Assembly: GCA_038496445.1 (NCBI GenBank)
Contig: JALMLS010000165.1
Location: forward strand, 1-64,000
DNA: 64,000 bases
From: Trichosphaerium sp. ATCC 40318
Lineage: Eukaryota > Protista > Tubulinea
Reading direction: 5' to 3'
Shown: piece by piece, positions 54,671 to 64,000 of the stretch
Position numbering within the stretch: position 1 is the first letter of the stretch
How the letters are laid out: each line of letters begins with the position of its first letter
Notes under the pieces: generated by a model
What the model saw: only the letters and a program-made list of their open reading frames with translations
Databases searched by the model: none
Told to the model about the DNA's origin: nothing
Made by a program: the position numbers and the translations under genes

Positions 54671-55674
54671 GGATTTGCCCTGAAATAACGTTATTCTATT
54701 GTAACATTAAGCTTACTGTTTAAACAGCCGCTCCAGATTAGTATCACACGTGATTTTCTGTTGGAATGCTCACGTGAAGAAATCCACAACGATACGCTAA
54801 TGGTATAGCTATAGAGTTGCAAAAGGCTAACTATGTTCACAAGTTGTCCCAAAAAATCAGGAGTAGTGCTAACACAAAATAGCATTATTTCATGTCAAAT
54901 CCTCCTAGCCGAATTATCATTTTTAGATTACAAGATATATATCGCGACAACTACGCTTACTTAATTATGAAGGTCAGTCTTATACCTTCTCTTAAATAGT
55001 TCAGACCGGCGACGATAAACCAAACAAGCGGAAAAACTCAGCTCGTGACGTACCAAACTATACTACTTTTTGTGAAATTTCACAATAGGTTTCGGGTTCT
55101 ATTCCTAAGCAAACACGTTTTGGCCGTCTTAAAAGACAACTGTATCACAAAAATAGAGACAAAAAGGTCAAAAAAACCCTACAAACTTGAAGTCATTTGA
55201 AGCTGATACCAATAAGTACGTCATTGCTCCATTAATAGTCATAGGTAGTACACCTATAAACTCAAACTGAGCACAATCTATTGAAGGAGGGATAGGATGC
55301 AGTTGACCAAATGTAAGAGTGATGAGGGGGAGTTGCATTGATGGGATGTAATGGGAATAATGGTTTGGCCAGTGGAGAGTTGTACAATTTTGTGAAAAGA
55401 CCAAATAGATGAACTTTTTAGGGACAGTTTTTATTCCTAAAAGATACTACTTGTACAAAACTACAAATCAAAAAATACTCTTGCAACCCTAACCAATACA
55501 GAGGTGAGCTGGAGTTTACGCATAATCCCCTTTTGTTTTTTTTGCACATGTCGTTTAATAAGCAGGAGAGATTAGTGATAAAAAAGATAGGTGTAACCTG
55601 TATCTTATGTCAAAGAACAAAAAGAACATGGTAAGATGTAGGGCATTTGCTGGTACAATATTTATTGCTAAGTT

Positions 55675-56800
55675 TCAAATTAAAAAATAGTCTGGAATCT
55701 CATCTACATGCACACCTCTTTCTTCGAGAGTAGCAATGAATTCACGTGAGAAGCTTCCTTGTAATAGACGGATATTATGCAAGCTAGCTAATGATTCAAT
55801 TCCTTTTTCTGTGATATTTGGACAATCAACCAGGTTAATCTCTTTGACACCTGAAAGATGACTGAGCCACTTATCTGTTACGTTTACATTACGAGACAGA
55901 TTGATTGAATGCACACCAGTAAGACTTTTCATACACGATACAGTGATTCCTTTACAACCTGACAGAGCTATTTTCTTCACACCTTTCAATCTTGAAATAC
56001 CTTCATCTGTGATGAGATCACATTCACTCAATCTTATGGTATGTGCACCTGCGAGGGCTGAAATTCCTTCATCTGTGATGAGTGGGCACGCACATAGATC
56101 TATGTTATGTACACCAGCAAGCGCTGAAATACCTTCGTCTGTGATGCATTGACGTCCACACAGATTTATGGTGTGTACACCAGCGAGTGCTGAAACACCT
56201 TTGTCCGTTACATTGGCAAGCCTTAAATCTATGGTGTGTACACCCCCCAATTTAGAAATACCTTCATCTGTCACTGATCTGTTGTGGAACAAACTTATGG
56301 TATGAACGCCCGCTGCAGCTGAAACAACTCCATCTGCCATACTGTCTCCCAGACAGATATATTTGAGGTGCTTGGTAAGTGGTAGTAAACCCACTTCTGT
56401 TACTGCTGTACATCTAGACAATGACAAGCGACGTATACCACAAATATACTTCAATCCTACATCTGTGAGGTTGCCGTTGTCACGAATTCCGAGCGAGTCA
56501 ACACCCGCAAGAAGTGCGACTTCAAAATCTGTTCCCCAACCTTGCATCTCAATATGGGTGTTTTTTAGAAGAGGACTTCCACAAAGACGAGCACAACATG
56601 CACTAGATCGAAGTACGATAAAATCGTATCCAACGTGATGGTGAATAACGTTTGATAAACGGTTACAGGTGAGATACTTGAAATCTATCAGAGCGGTCCA
56701 CAAACTCTAGCATATAAGCGATTATCTCTGTTGGTACTTCTAATAGGTTGGGTTCATCTATCACCTTGTTTGGTCCTGCATATGCTGTTTTAGAACGCAT
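55675..56800 (-). pseudogene. Intronless F-box plus Cys-containing LRR gene with a frameshift inside the F-box (pseudogene or assembly error)
   Basis: ATG 56800 gives ...LLEVPTEIIAYMLEFVDRSDRFQVS then a stop. The frame shifts at ~56672 to LTCNRLSNV, followed by ~10 LRRs (AGVHTIxLxxCxxITDEGIS). Confidence 0.8.
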
Positions 56801-57059
56801 TCTGGCTGATGAGTGGCTTTATTTAAGATGCTGTTGAAAAATAATAAAAACCTAATCAATCAAGGTTCTTGCCTTTTCTTTGGCTCAGATTCAGCTCCTG
56901 GTCCTTAAGCTTCCAGAAGTAGCTGTAACAGTTTGAACCTAATGACTACAGCTAATATAGGATACGACTCTCGAACGGGAAGAATTTATTATGGAGTCAA
57001 ACAAAGGTCACTCAGCTACGTTGATTGATCACTATTTAATTTGAATTGGGTTTTTTTTT

Positions 57060-57900
57060 GTTCTTTCATCGCGTTTAACGTGTATGCTATACTCTCAACC
57101 TCACTGATTTGAATGTACCATCTTTATACCACTCAGCCTTTACTCCATCTACTTTATCATCCTTATAGTAGCACAGAAAACGTTGGTTTCCGTTTTTGTA
57201 ATATGCCTTAAATTTCCATGACGAATACCATTCTCATAAGCACGAAATGAGCGTAGTTTTCCGTCTTTGCACCGTTCAGTCCTTGTCCCATGTTTCGCTC
57301 GTTTGTGGTGTTGTTCAGTGAGTCTACACTTGCCATTATTACCAATGTTTCAATTCAACAGAGTCACCTCGCTTGTAGCCAGAAAGGCAATAGTTGCCAT
57401 TTTCGTACCATTCTTTAATACGTTTTGTAGTCCCTTTGTAATACACAGTACCACGCTTGCATCCACAGAAGCATACCATTTATTTGATTCAACACAATGA
57501 CCTCTATCATATGATTTTACACTAGGCTTTCCGCTGGCATGCCAAGTTTAATAATTCCCGTGCAGTTTACCATTTGTGTATGACATCATAGTCTGTAGGC
57601 TCCCATTCTCATACCTTGTCTCTTCAGGTCCATGTTTCTTTCCTTTGACATAGTGTACCTTGGTTTCAAGCCTACCATTACTGTACCATTTTTTGTACAC
57701 TCCTTCCTCCTTCAAGTTTGCTGTTCATATACTTACACTTCTTCTCCATGTGACCATTATTATACCACGTTGCCTTCCTACAAGAACACCGTGATAATAG
57801 TATTCTCTAAGAACTATGACTACAACGCTTATACAGAAATGACAAGCTTTTGACATCGTGTTGAGAGGTAAAAAACACCTGTCCTTAACAAAAATAGACT
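57060..57900 (-). pseudogene. Decayed MORN-variant repeat gene
   Basis: TWYNNGHMEKKCKY, KWYSNGRLETKVHYVKGKKHG, RYENGSLQ, KEWYENGN, with frameshifts. Confidence 0.75.
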
Positions 57901-58870
57901 ATTTATGGAACCAACAAGCTTTTAGTCCAAAGCTATGAAAGTAACTTGCGCTCGTAGGATGGACAGTTACTCCCAATAGAATGAATAGGTTTTTTGGGTC
58001 ACGTCCTTGCGATGTTTCAGCGAGAGCAACACCTGTAGCTGCGAGTCTCTTCCCAAACTTTCCAAACACCGCTTGAGCAGTCGCTAAACAAGCTGTTAGT
58101 CGGGATGCTGATTGCTCTGTTAGAACAGGCAGTGTACCTGGTGCGAGAGATTCCCATCTCCGTCACCCAGCTGGTGAAGTTCAAAGTGCAACTTAGATTC
58201 AGAATAAACACAATTCGGAGATACTCCATCGTAGTAGTAGACTGTATTCATGATACAGTTGTTGTAGTGCATTTTACTTACTCCAATACTTTTAAACTGG
58301 TTCTTAGGATTTGGCAGACCATTTACAAAGTCAACAATATGCTCTCCAGCTTGATGCCATGTGGTACTAGCTTCTACATAGTGTTTTAGATATCGTACTA
58401 TTTGCCTGTCATTGTTAGCTGTAGGCTAAAATGTACCTTCGTAGAATACTGTACAGCATAGATCACGGTGCTCCGGAGCATCCTCAAGTGTGATTTTGTT
58501 GGGTTGATTGTAATGGTGTACGTTCCTGGCTTTTGTAAGACTAGGGTTGCTTTTGTTGTTGTTTCCTCCATTCGCAAAGGTTTATTGTGGTTTGTGTGCT
58601 GCTTTTGCAGTTCTCTTTGGTTTTTTTCAGTTGCAAACAATGGTTCTCTAATTCAAATTAATGTCTGTTGAGTATTGTTCAGTGAAAAAAAGGCAAAAAT
58701 CTTTCACTGTAAAGTTTACAGAACTTGCTAGTTTTAGCTAATAGTTTTGTCAAAACACAATTACTTAGTTAATGGGTGGTAATATGTCCACCTATACGGT
58801 GGGTTATTTGTAAGTACGCATTTAGATAACTTTGTCTAACAATGATTTATTACGTGATCAATCCATTCAG

Positions 58871-61053
58871 CTACAAGAGTAGAAACAAGAGAGCTACGAT
58901 TGCTGACACTGCAGCTTTATCATATGTAAAACCACTTGTTGTTTGCGAACTTGGTGCTACTGGGGCCTGAGTAGTAGGATCTGTTGGCGCTACTGTGGTT
59001 GGGGGAATTGGAGCTGTTGGTGTAGCTGTTGTCGGAGGCACAGAGGGAGCTATTGTTGTTGGTGGTGTTGGTCCAATTGGAGCAGTTGGTTCTGCTGTAG
59101 TTGGAGATATAGTCGGTGGTGGAGTCGGCGGGAAGTCAAGTAAAGCGTTTCTAGCACGAGAATGTCAATAACCATCGAGTTGACAATTAAAAAAAACGCA
59201 CTTTTCCCACTGTTCTAGCATCCTTGAGTATACTCTGAAATCATCGATACAGGTACCATTACCACTCAATCCTGTAGTAGTTTCTATAGCAAATAAGTTG
59301 TAACCAAATATAAAAAGAAACACGTGACTATGTTTGTCGAACTTTAAAAGCTTTCTAGGTATTGTTTAAAACACGTACCTCCAATAATAGGTCTTCTAGA
59401 TTGAGCATTACCAAGTACAGGTGGAGTAACTTCAAATACTTTTGCGACTTCATTATTGACAGACAAAGTAATTTGATTATTAGTGTTAATTATTTCAAGC
59501 ATTATCAGATTCCATGTCCTTGCAGGGGTGTTATCTATCCAAGCAGTACCACTACAGCTACTAGTCACACACATAGTCAGCCTGGTACCGTTAATACCGG
59601 AGTAAAGCTCCAATCCAACACTGTTAGGATTGTCACGAAAGGTGAGTATTCTTTGACGTTGGTTTTTTTCTCTGCTTAGCCAAAAAGCGATTGTTAGCGG
59701 TGCTTTTTTAATAGCAGCGAAGACATCTTCATCAGCTTTGATAGATTTCGTTAGTCTATAAGAACACACCATAACCCTTTCAGGTATATTGTAGCGTACT
59801 TATTTCTAGTTCCTTTGCTCCGTCCTCGAAACAAAGTGCACTGTTTGGGTTTCCAAATCGGTCAGCTTCAAACTCTGGATCAGTACCAGCGTCTGTATAC
59901 ATTCCTCCAATCTCGCCTATACCATCAAATGTAATATGAGCCTCTATAATAATAACTTATTAACCCCTTATCAAGTACATTGTAAAAACGGCTATATAAA
60001 AGAAAGTCTTCTTACCAGGTTCAAGTCCTTGATTAAAGGGTGCAAAAGGAGGATAAGTAAAGTCAAGTTGTGCCGATCTAGAGCGTATTAGTAACGCAAC
60101 TAAACAAAAGAGTACCTTTCTGTCGAATCAAGTGCACTATCCCAAAATTTCATGTCATCTATCGCGTAGCCATTTCCACTTCGGATTGCTATCCAAAAAT
60201 AAGAGAATGAGACGTACAACAAAAAAAACAAACACAACACATAAATAATATGAAAAATTTTTTTCAGCAAAGTCACGTGATAGTGTGTTTGAAAACAGGG
60301 TCAAATTTGAATGCACTGGAAGATGACATACCATCTCCACCAATAATAGGTAAAAAATTAGACGTTGCAGATAATACGGGTCCTCCAGTAACTACAAAAT
60401 CTGTTGCAAGAACATTGTTGACATAGAACTCGATGTTTGTGTTTGCAGATTGAACGACAAACGTCAATAAAAACCATGTTCCTGCAGGTAAATTATCCTG
60501 CCATGCTCTGCCACTGCAAGCGTTTGCTGAACACATTGTAATTCCATCTCCATTCGTCCCAACGTAAGCTTCAAACCCACCATTTTGTGGTGTATCGCGA
60601 GCATCGAATATAGGCTGTGTACGTCTGTACTTACGGCTCATCCAGAAGGAAAGAGTCATAGGAGCGCTTTTAAATACGCTTTGTATTGTTGTATTACCTA
60701 AAAACGCACGTAAACGCGACGATCAACGTAGAGGAGTAGTTTTTAAAGCGTGTAGCGCGTTTTTTGGTAAAATATCCTTTCTGTACTGCGTTACGTACTA
60801 ATGCGAACTGGCTTTGATTCCTCTCCGAAGTATATAGCGCTGTTGGCATTTCCAAAGCGATCCGCAACAAATATTGGATCTTCCGTTCCTGCCGTTGTTA
60901 ACAAATCTCCTTCAAAGTCACCATCAAACTTCAAGTGTGCGATTGGATCTATTTAACCGTCAATTAACTCTGTTTGTAGTTTTCTTTGATCCCCAACCTG
61001 TACCTTGGGCTGTAGCAATAGCAAGCAGTACAAAACATACCAGTAAACTGGAT
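58871..61053 (-). CDS. Secreted/GPI-type protein with two LamG (concanavalin-like) domains and a Pro/Thr stalk
   Basis: Signal peptide; two domains each with DRFGN[A/P]NSA, T[L/I][S/A]FW and IDD[M/F][K/R]; PPTPPPTISPTT stalk; hydrophobic C-terminus. Confidence 0.85.
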
Positions 61054-61289
61054 TTGATACCCTTATTGTCCATCTGTTAAGAGCGGAAGGTAAATAAAGT
61101 GAATTAAAATTTATAAAAATACGAAACCCGAAGCCCGAAAGCCGAGAAAATTTTTTCTAGAATGACAGCCGCTCACTGAATTTATGTGTACCTTCCTAAA
61201 AATACAGTCATTGAGCTGTAAAGCAAGCCCGCAAAAGAAGGTTACAGAACGTTCAAAGGATTATACGTTTCTAATGTTCGTGACAATTT

Positions 61290-61683
61290 GGTATCCGTCT
61301 GTTGAACGAAAACCATAATGGATTAACGAGTGGATCCACTGCTTAAGGCCTGTTAAGTTAGAATGATATTTCAGTGGAAAAAGTATGTTGACGCAGGGTG
61401 CCAGTCAATTTCAACAGAGTTACCTCGCTTGTAGCCAGAAAGGCATAAGTTGCCATTTTCGTACCATTCTTTAATACGTTTTGTAGTCCCTTTGTAATAC
61501 ACAGTACCACCAGAAATACCGGTCTCGGACTGAAACGAAAAAAACCGGTTCATTAGCGGTCCGCTGCCACAAAACCTTCCTGTCTTTATACATTACCCTA
61601 ATCACTGTGCATGCCCTTAAGGAGTTGGAGTGACTTTTTTTTCGAAATACCGAAAATAGTTTCAAAAACGTTCTTGAAGCCAA
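61290..61683 (-). pseudogene. Second MORN-variant fragment sharing ~105 bp with 57351-57454
   Basis: 61406-61510 is near-identical to 57351-57454 (GTVYYKGTTKRIKEWYENGN.CLSGYKRG); frameshift in a homopolymer run and a stop. Confidence 0.75.
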
Positions 61684-62023
61684 AGAATTTACTTGTTACA
61701 TTTTACTACGCATGCAAAGTATTAAAATAGAGGTTTGGGCAAAATGTAATGAGACCCAAAATATCACGTGAACTTTTGATTTTAGTGTTTAAGACTACTT
61801 GTAATCAACAGAGTAGCTAGAGTCAAGCATGCCATTAGAGAAGATAATGTGTTGCATCCTAAAATCCTTTATCTTTTTTGTTATACCAGGATACTACCGC
61901 TACTGACGCTCCCCACATAACTGGGTCACTTCGAAAAGAATGAAGCAAGTTGTTTTGATTATGTATAGCCATTTTGAGCTAGACAAACCATTTACAACCT
62001 TCATTAAACTTATACGAGTAACA

Positions 62024-63566
62024 TCATTTCTTGCCAAGCATCTTAGAGAAAAATTTGGATATCTTGGATTTACTTTTTGTAGTACTATTTTAGGGTTAGG
62101 AATGTAACACGTGTGAAACCGAAATAATTTAAAAATAGCAAAAACAACCAAAATATTGTAAATAGACAATACCTTACAGGTGGCAACTTTAACACCATTT
62201 GTTGATAGTGTTCAACGATAAGTTCAAAAAGCTGTTCAATATTTTGGCCTGTTTTACAACTCACAGAAATAAAACGTGCTCCCCATGACTTTGCACGTTC
62301 TACACCTTCAGATTCGTGTACTTGTGTTTCATAATCTAGATCACACTTATTCGCAACCTACAAAACAAAAGTGACCAAACAGTCCAGAACCATCACGAAA
62401 ATCGCAGCAAAAGAGCAGTACTAATATCATTGGGAATACTTCGATATCCTTAACACGCATGATCTGGTCTCTAAACGGTACAAGTTCATCAAAGCTTGAT
62501 CTACTGCTACTAGAGTAAACAAGAACAAATATCTCTTCCCTGTGCATATATTGATCACGCATTGCACTGTACCTGATAAAAAGTAAATTCACAAAGACAA
62601 AACAAAATGGTCTGATATGTATACGCACTCTTCTTGGCCAGCGGTATCTAGTACACTAAATTTAGCATAAAAATTTCCCTTTTTGATGGACATTATCGTT
62701 TCGTCTTCTAAATTCAGTGTGAGTGTATATCATGAAGTACAATGCAACAAGTCATGTTACTGAAGATTCACTTACCTATTGTTGGATCGTATTCATCCAG
62801 GAACCGACCAGTTATGTATCTTGTAATTATAGCAGTCTATTATCAAGAGTTTGTTGAGTTAACGCAAAAACACGTGTTTTATCACGTGACAGAAAAAAAA
62901 ACCTTGACATACACATCCTACGCCTCCACCTCCACAGAAACAACACTTTATCTTAAAAATCATGTTGTATTAGGCAGTGTTCAAGTTAACTTTAAAGGTG
63001 TTTAAACACGTACTTCAAAGTCAGACGCTGTGATTTTTCTTACGGATGTCTTTGACATTTCCAACTTTGGTAAATGTTTTGATACTTCGTTATCGTACGA
63101 ACTGGGAAGACGTTAACGTTTTATAGTAGCAAAACGTTTAAAAGAGATCACCTGGAAACTGAGAGCATGACCACCTACAAGAAAGCTGTTAACTTCTAGA
63201 GTAGTTTTGAAAAAAATAAAATTCGTAGCTCCTAGAGGGCTTTGTTTTGATAGGTTGCAATGGATCCAGTTAGATTAGTACCTTATGTGTCCAGTCGTAG
63301 ATAAAAGCGCTCTTGATGTTATCACCTGTTGAAGTTTGTCTGTAAAATGTATTTTCAACGCTTGGAAATGTACCTTTAGGTTCTGATCCGAAGTGTTGGG
63401 CGTAAAAACGTTGCCACAAAAAGTTATCAGATGTAAATGATCTAAAAGACTTAGAAGTAGCGCCAAGAGCTACTAAATGTTCCACATCGAGGTTATAGAT
63501 GATTAACACAAGTATTTCACGCGGAAACGATTCAAAAGGTAATAAATCTGTTTCCTTCTTCTCCAT
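62024..63566 (-). CDS. F-box-Ras fusion protein with non-canonical P-loop and no CaaX
   Basis: F-box exon (FESFPREILVLIIYNLD...TSKSF...LWQRFY) splices in frame through two linker exons to IKCCFCGGGGVGC|TAIITRY..EYDPTI..DTAGQEEYSAMRDQYM..NKCDL..SCK; ends KSKISKFFSKMLGKK*. Confidence 0.82.
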
Positions 63567-64000
63567 TGTATTGATACACCTAATAATACCTAATAGTACA
63601 CGTGCCGGTTAATAACAAATCAATGTTAAGCTCCAATTAAAACGACATTTCAGCGAAATAGATCTAGCGCATTTTGAGTTTTTTGCCCTTGGCTCACAAC
63701 GCCCTGAAAGGGATACAAATAGTCACTCAAGTATTATCTACGCGCGTAAAGGCCAACAAATCTGAAACGTTTTTTTTTGGCTGTACACGTGTTTTGCTCC
63801 GTTACAGACGTTTGGGTAAACTTCAGTTGACTGCGTATAAATCAACAATAATCGACAAAGCTTTCACAACATGGCGAGCAGCAATCACCCACATCCCACC
63901 CAAAAATTTCCCTTTCAATTTGTTTTTAACAACTGTAAAACCTTTCTTTTATTTTCCAAGTGTTCTTGTATAATATAACAAATGCTTGGCGCTGCGCTAG

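Noticed and set aside
55168-55404. Possible LRR remnant (IPPSI, G.LP)
   Set aside because: Similarity too weak to support a call.
57950-58580. Probable small spliced gene on the minus strand
   Set aside because: An open stretch exists (HYVEASTTWHQAG...), but no consistent splice model or homology could be established.

Overview
Intron-rich, AT-rich eukaryotic nuclear DNA. Introns are short (about 40-300 bp), usually have GTACGT/GTAAGT donors and CTAAC branch points, and the gene content (WRKY, class C GPCR, TerD domains, amoebal lysozyme) points to a free-living protist, most likely amoebozoan. About 25 genes were reconstructed by manual splicing. Ordinary genes: lysozyme, ITFG1/LINKIN, prohibitin-like, SCPEP1-like carboxypeptidase, mitochondrial carrier-like, RNA ligase, nurim/MddA-like methyltransferase, TerD-TerD-C2, class C GPCR and two GPI-type surface proteins. 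Between them sits an accessory layer: (i) probable ubiquitin-ligase adaptors with variable repeat domains (ankyrin plus C-terminal F-box-like motif x2, F-box-MORN, F-box-LRR) and at least 5 broken fragments of the same families; (ii) an F-box fused to a Ras domain whose P-loop Lys is replaced by Cys; (iii) two inverted copies of a PMCA-like P-type ATPase with near-identical introns but amino-acid changes clustered at catalytic motifs and a lost Ca2+ site; (iv) a Rac with a DTGGG switch II and a WRKY domain with WINIGRR. Other features are several GC-AG introns with a GCACGT donor, strong CACGTG enrichment, and a ~545-bp direct duplication around a 1.56-kb insertion. All gene models are manual and unverified by transcripts.
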